A stretch of DNA of 63,835 bases, filler included, from Licmophora abbreviata (lineage: Eukaryota), in the NCBI GenBank assembly GCA_900291995.1. It is 14 parts of 14 records of this genome, joined end to end, with 100 filler letters (N's around TTAATTAATTAA, not from the genome) between each part and the next. Parts side by side here need not be neighbours in the genome. Positions count along the whole stretch, not along the records: positions 9,151 to 24,689 come from OLMU01002274.1; positions 24,790 to 25,940 come from OLMU01002275.1; positions 26,041 to 28,155 come from OLMU01002276.1; positions 28,256 to 31,602 come from OLMU01002278.1; 10 more parts are not named here. One strand, 5' to 3'. Position 1 is the first letter of the stretch. Every line of letters starts with the position of its first letter. This document shows, piece by piece, positions 21,244-30,656 of this stretch. The translations under genes were made by a program, and so were the position numbers. Under the pieces are notes generated by a model, which saw only the letters and a list, made by a program, of their open reading frames with translations, made no database searches and was not told the origin of the DNA.

Positions 21244-21899
21244 CAGACCCACAGACTGCCCCCATCCGCATCGCCATCGTCGACGATCATCCGATGGTCG
21301 CCCAAGGCCTGCGCACCATCCTGGAAAGCTATGACGACATCGAGGTGATCGCCTCGCTGTCGAGCGGCGAGGCGATCATCGAGCGGGTCGAGGCGCTGCA
21401 ACCCGATGTGATCCTTCTCGATCTCAACATGCCCGGCATCGGTGGATTGTCCACGACCGAAATCATTCTTGAACGGCGCCCAGAGACGCGCATTCTGATC
21501 CTGTCCATGCATGACAGTCCGGAATATATCACATCGGCGCTCAGTCACGGCGCGGTGGGCTATGTGCTCAAGGATGTGCCGACCGAAGAGATCAAACACG
21601 CGATTGATGCGGTGATGACCGGCCAGCGTTATCTTTGCACGGGCGCCAAAGGCTCGCTTGAACCCTATCAGCGGCCCGGTCGCGAGCAGCTGACCAACCG
21701 AGAACAGACGATCCTTTTGCAGCTGGCGCAAGGCAAGTCGAACAAGGACGTGGCGCAAGCGCTGGATATCTCGGTGCGCACCGTCGAAACCCACCGCAAG
21801 AATATCAAGCGCAAGCTCGGCATCAGCTCGACCGCTGGGTTGACGCGCTATGCGCTGGAGCACGGTGTGCTGCAGGGCGGCACAATGGCGCGGCTGTGA
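21240..21899 (+). CDS. NarL/LuxR-family response regulator
   Basis: IVDDH, LLDLNMPG, LTNRE...ISVRTVETHRKNI. Confidence 0.93.
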   Translation: MTDPQTAPIRIAIVDDHPMVAQGLRTILESYDDIEVIASLSSGEAIIERVEALQPDVILLDLNMPGIGGLSTTEIILERRPETRILILSMHDSPEYITSALSHGAVGYVLKDVPTEEIKHAIDAVMTGQRYLCTGAKGSLEPYQRPGREQLTNREQTILLQLAQGKSNKDVAQALDISVRTVETHRKNIKRKLGISSTAGLTRYALEHGVLQGGTMARL

Positions 21900-22063
21900 C
21901 GGAAAACCCGTCATTGTCACGGTCTGATTGCGGTCATTCACCTCCGGACGCAACAAATGGAAAGAATCCCCCCGGCTTCACGAAATCTTTTCTTTGAAAT
22001 GTGGTTGACGCCCCCCGCAGTGCAACCTAATGTCCCGCGCACGCAGTAAGGGAGTCGCCGTCA

Positions 22064-22111
22064 ATGGCACCGCTAGTCGTAATCGTAGGCAACAGGCGCA
22101 TGGGCCGGTAA
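22064..22111 (+). CDS. ilv attenuator leader peptide MAPLVVIVGNRRMGR
   Basis: Tandem Leu-Val-Val-Ile-Val codons (CTA GTC GTA ATC GTA), AAGGGAG RBS, upstream of ilvI. Confidence 0.8.
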   Translation: MAPLVVIVGNRRMGR

Positions 22112-22135
22112 CGGACGCCATAATGGTCCCCATGC

Positions 22136-22161
22136 GCCCCCGGAATACCGGGGGCTTTTTT
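22136..22161 (+). terminator. Attenuator terminator of ilvIH
   Basis: GCCCCCGG-aata-CCGGGGGC-TTTTTT. Confidence 0.88.
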
Positions 22162-22203
22162 ATGCGTAGAACAGTGAATTGACGTCATGAACGGAGCAAA
22201 GCG

Positions 22204-23334
22204 ATGACACGTCAGATGACCGGAGCGAAAATGGTGGTTCAGGCCCTCAAGGATCAGGGCGTGGACGTCGTATTCGGATATCCCGGCGGTGCGGTGCTAC
22301 CGATCTATGACGAGATCTTTCAGCAAAATGACATCCGCCATGTTCTTGTCCGCCACGAGCAGGGTGCGGTCCATGCCGCCGAAGGTTATGCCCGCTCCAC
22401 CGGTAAACCGGGCGTGGTTCTTGTGACATCCGGTCCCGGGGCCACCAATGCGGTGACGGGCCTCACCGATGCGCTGATGGATTCCATCCCGATTGTCGTG
22501 CTGACCGGCCAGGTGCCGACCTTCATGATTGGCAACGACGCCTTCCAGGAGGCCGATACCGTCGGGATCACCCGTCCCTGCACCAAGCATAACTGGCTGG
22601 TGAGCGACACCAAGAACCTCTCCGAGATCCTGCATCAGGCGTTTCACGTCTGCACCGCGGGCCGTCCCGGCCCGGTTCTTGTGGACATTCCCAAGGATGT
22701 GCAATTCGCCTCGGCCGAATACACGCCGCCGCAAAAGGCCAAAACCAGCCATTATCAGCCGCAGGTCAAGGGTGACATGGCCACGATCATCGAACTGGTC
22801 GAGGCGATGGAAGTGGCGGAACGTCCGATCTTCTACACAGGCGGCGGCGTCATCAATTCCGGTCCCGCCGCCAGCCAGCTTCTGCGCGAGCTGGTCGAAG
22901 CCAGCGGTATCCCCATCACCTCGACCCTGATGGGGCTGGGTGCATATCCGGCCAATGGCCAGCACTGGCTGGGAATGCTGGGGATGCACGGCCTTTACGA
23001 GGCCAATATGGCAATGCATGGCTGTGATCTGATGATCAATATCGGCGCGCGGTTTGACGACCGGATCACCGGGCGTCTGGACGCGTTCAGCCCCAGCTCG
23101 AAAAAGGCGCATATCGACATCGACCCGTCATCCATCAACAAGGTGATCAAGACCGATATTCCGATCATCGGCGATATCGCCCATGTGCTCGAAGACGTGC
23201 TCAACGTCTGGAAATCGCGTGGCCGCAAGGTGAACCGTGAGGCGATCCAGAAATGGTGGTCCAAGATCGAGGCGTGGCGCAAGGTCGATTGCCTTGCCTT
23301 CAAACAGGAGGGCAAGTCGATCAAGCCACAATAT

Positions 23335-23365
<31 letters not shown>

Positions 23366-23841
23366 ACCATGACCGCTATATCTGCACCGAAGTCGGCCAG
23401 CATCAGATGTGGGCAGCTCAATATCTGGGCTTCAACGATCCCAATCGCTGGATGACATCGGGCGGCCTTGGCACCATGGGCTATGGCTTCCCGGCGTCGA
23501 TCGGCGTGCAGATGGCCCATCCCGATGCATTGGTCATCAATGTCGCGGGCGAAGCAAGCTGGCTGATGAACATGCAGGAGATGGGCACCGCCATGCAATA
23601 TCGCCTGCCGGTCAAGCAGTTCATCCTGAACAATGAACGTCTGGGCATGGTGCGCCAGTGGCAGGAACTTCTCCATGGCGAGCGTTATTCCTCCAGCTGG
23701 TCCGAGGCGCTGCCCGATTTCGTGAAGCTCGCCGAGGCGTTCGGCGCCAAGGGTATCCTTTGCTCGGATCCCGCAGATCTCGATGACGCGATCATGGAGA
23801 TGTTGAACTATGACGGGCCGGTGATCTTCGATTGCCTCGTC

Positions 23842-23876
<35 letters not shown>

Positions 23877-23961
23877 GGGCGAGCCGCATAACAAGATGCT
23901 TCTGGGGCAGAACGCCTCGACCAAGGATGCCATCGGATCAAAAGGCGCGGTGCTGGTCTGA
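22204..23961 (+). CDS. ilvI: Acetolactate synthase large subunit
   Basis: FGYPGGAVL, RHEQGA, TSGPGATN, SGGLGTMG. Confidence 0.97.
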
Positions 23962-24050
23962 CCGCATGAGGGCGCGCGTGCCCTGCCCTCGCGCCCTCCG
24001 CCTGAACTGCAAGACGTGCCGCGTGGCACGGTCATCACCAAGGAAACGTC

Positions 24051-24623
24051 ATGTCGCCTCTACAAATCAAAAAAGGCTCGTCCAAGCATTCGGCCTATAA
24101 CCTGCGCCCGACCTTCTCGGATGAGGTGGAATCGCACACGTTGGCGGTGATCGTGGACAACGAACCAGGCGTGCTGGCGCGGGTCATCGGGCTGTTTTCG
24201 GGCCGCGGCTACAATATCGACAGCCTGACCGTGGCTGAGGTCGATCATACCGGCCATACCAGCCGCATCACCATCGTCACTACCGGGACGCCGCAGGTTA
24301 TCGAGCAGATCAAGGCCCAACTGGGCCGCATCGTACCTGTCCATGAAGTCCATGACCTCACGGTGGAAGGCAAGGCGGTCGAGCGGGAACTGGCCCTGCT
24401 CAAGGTTCAGGGAACCGGCGACAAGCGGGTCGAGGCTCTGCGCCTTGCAGACATATTCCGCGCCAACGCTGTGGACAGCACGTTGAACAGCTTCGTGTTC
24501 GAGATCACCGGCACGCCTGACAAGATCGACGCCTTCGCTGACCTGATGCGCCCCTTGGGCCTTGTCGAGATCGCTCGCACCGGTGTCGCGGCCCTGCGCC
24601 GCGGCAGTGTAAACGACGTCTAG
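24051..24623 (+). CDS. ilvH: Acetolactate synthase small subunit
   Basis: NEPGVLARVIGLFSGRGYNIDSL. Confidence 0.96.
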   Translation: MSPLQIKKGSSKHSAYNLRPTFSDEVESHTLAVIVDNEPGVLARVIGLFSGRGYNIDSLTVAEVDHTGHTSRITIVTTGTPQVIEQIKAQLGRIVPVHEVHDLTVEGKAVERELALLKVQGTGDKRVEALRLADIFRANAVDSTLNSFVFEITGTPDKIDAFADLMRPLGLVEIARTGVAALRRGSVNDV

Positions 24624-24789
24624 ACCGCCTTGCGCCCGGCCTCGACCGGCGGGGTCACCTTTAGGCGCGGTTTCTCGACCTGTCTCGTTNNNNNNNNNNN
24701 NNNNNNNNNNNNNNNNNNNNNNNNNNNNNNNNNTTAATTAATTAANNNNNNNNNNNNNNNNNNNNNNNNNNNNNNNNNNNNNNNNNNNN

Positions 24790-25022
24790 GCCAGGTCCTT
24801 GGGCAATGTGGGAAACGCGTGTGACGCCACAAGCTTGGCATTGTTGGCCCGTCGCAATGCGCCGTCCCAGATGACATCGAAATGGATCAGGTCGCCCGCG
24901 TCCAGATCGGCGCCCGAGTGCATCCCCTCCTCGGCCGAAAGAAACGCGAGATCACCGTGGTCCTCACACCAGATCACGGCGCGACTACCTTCGATGTCTT
25001 TCCACAAAACCACTCCGTACAT
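24790..25022 (-). CDS. Cold-shock/OB-fold-like hypothetical protein (3' end in gap)
   Basis: MYGVVLW...AVIWCEDHGDLAF...GDLIHFDV...RANNAKLV resembles the CSP beta-strand pattern. Confidence 0.65.
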
Positions 25023-25235
25023 GTCACAACCTCTTCGAACCGCTCTACTGATGCGTCACAATACCCTTAGCAGGACACGCAAAATGGCAGGACGCAAGCC
25101 GCAAACTTGTATCAATTTGCAACAGTTCTGACGCTATTTGGCGTCAGGCTTGGCCATGTGGCTTGGCAATCTGCAGAAATTCGACCAAATTTCCCGTCAA
25201 GACCGCATGAAAGGCCAACAGCCTTGTGCGGAACC

Positions 25236-25940
25236 ATGTTTTTTACGAGTTGGGTCACGTTGCGCCACCATCATTCAGAGCTTGATCCCGCCAGGCTGCG
25301 CGGGATCTTCGGTCGGAATCTGCGACTATTGAGCGCTCCTTACGCGTCTGTCGCGTCCCTGTGCCGGGAGCTTGGGATCAATCGAACGCAATTCAACCGG
25401 TATCTGTCCGGCGAAAGCTTTCCCAGACCGGATGTCCTGCACCGGATCTGTCTCTTTTTCGGGGTGGATGCACGCGTCCTGCTCGAGCCTGTCGAAAGCC
25501 TGAACCGACAGGATACGGGACTGCTCGATCACCCTATGGTGCAGGAGTTTTTCGGCCGGGCGCCGACCGACGTGCCGCAGACCGTTTTTCCTTCGGGTTT
25601 TTTCCGCTTCATCCGACGAAGCTTCATGAATCAGGACCTTTTTGCCGTGGGTCTGGTCCATGTCAGCCGCCAAGCAGGATATACATTCCTGCGCGGGTAC
25701 GAACCACGCAGCGCTCTGCGCCATCAGGGGATCTCGATGAGGCCGAGCGAACGCGAGTTTCGCGGTGTCGTGATGCGCCAGCAGGACGGCGTCATGGCGA
25801 TCGTTGCGCATCGCGGCTCGCATTCCAGCTCGTTCAACTTCCTGACGCCGGAACGCACCTTCCAGCATGGTCTGTGGGAAGGTTATGCCACACGCACCGT
25901 CCCCGAAAGGATGACCGGACGTCGTGCCACGCGCATGATC
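25236..25940 (+). CDS. XRE-family HTH regulator (3' end in gap)
   Basis: LCRELGINRTQFNRYLSGESFPRPDVL; start uncertain. Confidence 0.82.
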
Positions 25941-26172
25941 NNNNNNNNNNNNNNNNNNNNNNNNNNNNNNNNNNNNNNNNNNNNTTAATTAATTAANNNN
26001 NNNNNNNNNNNNNNNNNNNNNNNNNNNNNNNNNNNNNNNNCATCAACCTGCTGCGCCTCGAAGAGGAATTCAGGTAAGCGTGTCGCCTTGGGCAAATTCT
26101 GGTCGCGAACTGTCGGTCCAGGATGGGAATTTCCTGTTCTGAGCGAGAGGGATCAGAGAACGGAGACCCGCA

Positions 26173-27333
26173 ATGTCGCAGACCGCAACAGACCTCTCCA
26201 ACGTGCGCGCAGATGTCAGCCGCGCGAACGGGCTGCCCAATGCCCATTACATCGACCCCGCCATCTATGACGAGGAAAAGCAGGCCCTGCTGTTTTCGCA
26301 ATGGGCCGGGCTCGCGGTCGCGGCGGATGTTCCGGAACCAGGCGATGCCGTGCCTCTGGATTTCGTCGGGTTGCCGCTTCTGCTGATCCGGGACAAGGAT
26401 GGCGATGTACGGGTGTTCCAGAACATCTGCCGCCATCGTGGCATGATCCTTGTCGAGACCCCCCGCAAGATCGAAGGCGCGATCCGCTGCCCCTATCATT
26501 CTTGGTGTTATTCAACCAAGGGCGATCTTGTGGCGACCCCGCATGTCGGCGGACCGGGGCAGAACACCCATGACGCGATCAAGCGCAACGAACTCGGCCT
26601 GATCGAAGTGCGCAGCCATGTCTGGCGCGATGTCGTCTGGATCAACATCTCGGGCGATGCGCCTGCATTCGAGGATGCAATGTCGGACGCGATGCAGCGT
26701 TGGCGCGAATTCGAACTGCCGCTCTACCATGGCGGCCATGACAGCCGGTTCACATTGGATGTGAACACCAACTGGAAACTCGCGGTCGAAAACTACTGCG
26801 AAAGCTATCACCTGCCTTGGGTCCATCCCGGGCTTAACAGCTATTCCAGACTCGAAGATCACTACAATATCGAAAAGCCCGGCGAATATTCAGGTCAGGG
26901 CACATTGGTCTACCGGCAATTGTCCAACGAGAACGGCGACACATTCACCGATTTCGAAGAGGTGGGCAGTCGCTGGAACGAAAGAGCCGAGTATATCGCG
27001 GTCTATCCCAATGTCCTTCTCGGCACACATCGCGATCACGCCTTTGCCATCATCCTCGAACCCAAGGGCCCCGAACGCACGGTCGAGCATGTGCATCTGT
27101 ACTACTCCGTGCCCGACAGCGACGAAGGGCTGCGGATGCGCAACAGTCAACTTTGGAAGACCGTATTCGAAGAAGACATCTTCGTGGTCGAAGGCATGCA
27201 GAAGGGCCGCCATGCCGAGCAATTCGACGGAGGCCGCTTCTCACCGGTGATGGACAGCCCGACCCATTGTTTTCATCATTGGGTTGCGGACAAGGTCGAA
27301 ATCCACCGGGCCAAGGCAAAGGCGGCCGAATGA
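26173..27333 (+). CDS. Rieske non-heme iron oxygenase alpha subunit (choline/betaine oxygenase-like)
   Basis: CRHRG and CPYHSW Rieske motifs; ENYCESYHLPWVHP; EDIFVVEGMQ. Confidence 0.92.
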   Translation: MSQTATDLSNVRADVSRANGLPNAHYIDPAIYDEEKQALLFSQWAGLAVAADVPEPGDAVPLDFVGLPLLLIRDKDGDVRVFQNICRHRGMILVETPRKIEGAIRCPYHSWCYSTKGDLVATPHVGGPGQNTHDAIKRNELGLIEVRSHVWRDVVWINISGDAPAFEDAMSDAMQRWREFELPLYHGGHDSRFTLDVNTNWKLAVENYCESYHLPWVHPGLNSYSRLEDHYNIEKPGEYSGQGTLVYRQLSNENGDTFTDFEEVGSRWNERAEYIAVYPNVLLGTHRDHAFAIILEPKGPERTVEHVHLYYSVPDSDEGLRMRNSQLWKTVFEEDIFVVEGMQKGRHAEQFDGGRFSPVMDSPTHCFHHWVADKVEIHRAKAKAAE

Positions 27334-27545
27334 CCAAGGATCTGGACGCCCGCATGCTCTGCGCCCACGCGGCGCAGGACCGGGCTGCGCTGATCGCGCT
27401 TTACGCGGAAGCCGCCGACAGCGTGAACGATGTGGATGCGTCCTGTTTCTTCCTGACCCATGCCTATGTCTTCGCGCTTGAGGCTGGCGCACCGGTTGCC
27501 GCCGCGCTTCACGCCCGCCTCAAGCAGCACGGCCGCGAGGCGTGA
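27330..27545 (+). CDS. Small helical hypothetical protein, 71 aa, translationally coupled to the Rieske gene
   Basis: ATGA overlap; MTKDLDARML...CFFLTHAYVFALEAG. Confidence 0.72.
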   Translation: MTKDLDARMLCAHAAQDRAALIALYAEAADSVNDVDASCFFLTHAYVFALEAGAPVAAALHARLKQHGREA

Positions 27546-28155
27546 TCCGCAGCCAGATCCCATCGCGCCCCCGCACGGTCAGATGCGCCACGGGCATCGC
27601 CGGGCGCTCAGGTACGATGTCGAACCGATAGGCACGCACCAGTAGCGCCAGCAAAAGCACGCCCTCGATCATCGCGAACCCGGCCCCCGGACAGACCCTT
27701 TGCCCGGCGGAGAAAGGCATGTAGGCACAGCGCAAAGCCTCTCGCCCATCGGGCGTGTCAAAGCGCTCGGGATCGAAGGCATCGGGCTTGTCCCACAGCC
27801 TTTCGTGCCGGTGCTGATGCCATGGGCTCAGCACGATCTGGGCGCGCGGCGGCACATCGCGATCACGCAGCCGCTCGGGGCAGGTCGTCTCGCGCACCAT
27901 CATCGGCACCGGCGGGTAAAGCCTCAGCGTTTCGCGGAACACATCGCGGGTCTGCCGCAACCGGGCGATATCCGAAAAGTCCGGCGCCTCTTGTCCGATT
28001 GCAGCCAGCACTTCGGTGGCGACCCGGTCCTGCCATTCCGGATAGAGCGCCAGCAGATACAGCGCCCATGCAAGGGCCGAGGCGCTGGTCTCATGACCGG
28101 CAAGAAAGAAAATCGCCACCTGATCCACCATCTCCTCGGTGTCGAAACGTTCACC
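27520..28155 (-). CDS. Cytochrome P450, C-terminal part
   Basis: AGHETS, ETLRLYPP, FDPERF, PFSAGQRVCPG heme motif. Confidence 0.95.
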   Translation of the reverse strand, partial: GERFDTEEMVDQVAIFFLAGHETSASALAWALYLLALYPEWQDRVATEVLAAIGQEAPDFSDIARLRQTRDVFRETLRLYPPVPMMVRETTCPERLRDRDVPPRAQIVLSPWHQHRHERLWDKPDAFDPERFDTPDGREALRCAYMPFSAGQRVCPGAGFAMIEGVLLLALLVRAYRFDIVPERPAMPVAHLTVRGRDGIWLRITPRGRAA

Positions 28156-28255
28156 NNNNNNNNNNNNNNNNNNNNNNNNNNNNNNNNNNNNNNNNNNNNT
28201 TAATTAATTAANNNNNNNNNNNNNNNNNNNNNNNNNNNNNNNNNNNNNNNNNNNN

Positions 28256-29421
28256 CGTTCGATCCGGCTGGGGGACGGCGCACGCCCCCGGTATCGCGCA
28301 GCCAGTGTCTGCGGCCCGGCGGTGATGCGGAAGTAATCATAATCGCCCGGATAATCGAAGGCGCACATATACTGGAAATGCAGCCGAAAATACTGCCGAC
28401 GCAGCAGCTTCCACCGCTCCGGGCTGAGCGTATGCCGGAACGCCGCCGACAGCACCAGAGGCCAACGCTTGCCCTCAGGGGCGACCCCGGTGACAGCCAC
28501 CGGATCACAAAGCGCAAAGGCACAGCCATCGCCCGGTGCGCTCACATCCACCCAAGTCAGCTCGTCCCGGGTACTGAGATAGCGCAGATCGCCCCGAAGC
28601 CTGCTGGCCTTGGGCAGAAAGGACACCATTGGCACCACCTGCCCAAGCGACAAAAATGCCAGAGCCGGCCCATTCGCGGGTACCCTCCCCGCGCGGATGA
28701 GGTCGGACAGGATCGACACCGCCAGATGCACCCCCGAAGAATGACCGACCAACAGAACCTCCTGCACATCCTCCGACAGGGCCTGCGCGATCAGATCTCC
28801 GAATTCAGCCATTCGCGCTTCAAGCTCAGGCGGATTGGCCCCGTGATACCGCGCCGAATAGGCGTAATCATGCATAAGGTAATAGACCAGAAAGCGGTTG
28901 TCATTGCGACGGAACCAGTCCAGCACGACCGGCAGCGCGGCCAATCCGCCCCAAGCGAGCCACGGATGGATCACCCCCAGCACCGCCCCCAGCCCAAACG
29001 CCGCCAGCACCGCCAGCAGCAATTGCACCAACAGGAATCCGACAGGGTAGAGCACGGCCAAAAATGGGCCTTTCCTCAGGCCAATCAGCGGAAACAACGC
29101 GCCCGAGGCGATATAGACCCAGGCGGTCTGCAGCAATTGCCCATAGGTCGCCAGAACGCCCTGCGCCATGCTGCCGCGCACGATATCGGACCAGACCAGA
29201 ACCTCGACATCCGCCTGCACCTCGGCGCCATCGATCCGCGCCTCGACATGCCAGCCGAAACGGCCCTTTGTCCTGCCCGGCAACAAGGCGATCTCGTAGC
29301 CGCTGATGGCCGCCTGTTCAGCGCCCTCCTTGCGGTACATCTCGCGATATTTCCGCGCATGGACCGGATCATAGCCCGGTACATAGAACACGCGCCTGCG
29401 ATGAACCGGATCACTGGTCAA
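28256..29421 (-). CDS. Membrane-associated alpha/beta-hydrolase-like protein (3' end at gap)
   Basis: VGHSSG nucleophile elbow, internal TM pair, LHFQY. Confidence 0.72.
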
Positions 29422-29484
29422 ACTGTCGAACCCTCACGTCATGTGGCGTGACACGATAGCCCAGAGGTTTGGCAAGAGTAAGTC

Positions 29485-30237
29485 CTAACCAAGGACGGCC
29501 AATGACGGAAAGGTTTCCAAGAGCCAGAAGGACAGGTCCGAAAAGCCCCCCGTCAGCATCAAAAGGCCGATGGTCCATAACAAAAGCCCCATCACGCGCT
29601 CGATCCGCTCCATGTGGCGCTTCATCCAGCCCATCAATCCGCCAAGTCGCGGCAGGAACGCCGCCACCAGCAGGAACGGCACGCCCAGACCCACCGCGTA
29701 GACCGCCAGCAGCAGGGTGCCGCGCGCCACATTGGCCTCCGAGGCCGCCAGCGACAGGATCGCCCCCAGTTGCGGGCCGATACAGGGCGTCCACCCAAAG
29801 GCAAAGGCCAAGCCCAGCACATAAGCGCCAAAGGACGACCCGCCTCGGTCGCCCACATCCATACGCGCCTCGCGATCCAGAAAACCGATGCGGAACACAC
29901 CGATGAAATGCGCCCCGAAAATCATCACGATGATCCCGGCAAAGGTGTTGAACCACCCCTGATACTGCAGGAACAGGCTTCCTATGGCCGACGCCGTGAA
30001 ACCTAGAAACAGGAACACCGTCGACAGCCCCATCACGAAAAACAGCGCAGGCACGACAGCACGCGCGCGCGCCGTCCGCTCGTCAGTCAGATCTGACAGC
30101 GCGATACCGCTGATATAGGCCAGATATGGCGGCACGATCGGCAGCACACATGGGCTGAGAAACGAGATGACACCGGCAAACAGCGCAATGGCCATAGCCG
30201 GGATCAGGGCCGCATCTATGATTTCGAATCCGAACAT
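29485..30237 (-). CDS. ccdA: Cytochrome c biogenesis protein CcdA
   Basis: SFLSPCVLP and WTPCIGP. Confidence 0.93.
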   Translation of the reverse strand: MFGFEIIDAALIPAMAIALFAGVISFLSPCVLPIVPPYLAYISGIALSDLTDERTARARAVVPALFFVMGLSTVFLFLGFTASAIGSLFLQYQGWFNTFAGIIVMIFGAHFIGVFRIGFLDREARMDVGDRGGSSFGAYVLGLAFAFGWTPCIGPQLGAILSLAASEANVARGTLLLAVYAVGLGVPFLLVAAFLPRLGGLMGWMKRHMERIERVMGLLLWTIGLLMLTGGFSDLSFWLLETFPSLAVLG

Positions 30238-30318
30238 GACCGAGACATAGACAATCGCGCGCACCGCGTCACGCCACGCGAGGTCACATCCTTGTGGACA
30301 GACTGTAACAAGGCGACT

Positions 30319-30567
30319 ATGTCGCAGCGCATGGAGATACAGGATCATATCGACGCCACCGGGCTGCTTTGCCCCCTGCCCGTCCTGAAACTGCGCAAGC
30401 GGATCGGGGCGCTTGCTCCGGGCCAGTGCATCGAGATGCTGGCAGACGATCCCGCAGCCGTGATCGACGTGCCGCATTTCTGCGCCGAGGCAGGGCATGA
30501 GCTTGTCTCGACCGACACCCGCAATGGCGCACAGGTCTATGTGGTGCGCAAGGCGACCAAGGCCTGA
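30319..30567 (+). CDS. tusA: Sulfurtransferase, TusA family
   Basis: DATGLLCPLP and ADDP motifs. Confidence 0.88.
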   Translation: MSQRMEIQDHIDATGLLCPLPVLKLRKRIGALAPGQCIEMLADDPAAVIDVPHFCAEAGHELVSTDTRNGAQVYVVRKATKA

Positions 30568-30601
30568 TCCGCGCCGCCTGCCCTTCGACTTGACCCCAAA
30601 C

Positions 30602-30637
30602 AAAAACACCGCACCCCGACAGGGGGCGCGGTGCTTT
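30602..30637 (-). terminator. Intrinsic terminator after rne
   Basis: CACCGC...GCGGTG hairpin with a T-run on the minus strand. Confidence 0.7.
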
Positions 30638-30656
30638 CATCTTCAGGATAGCTCCG

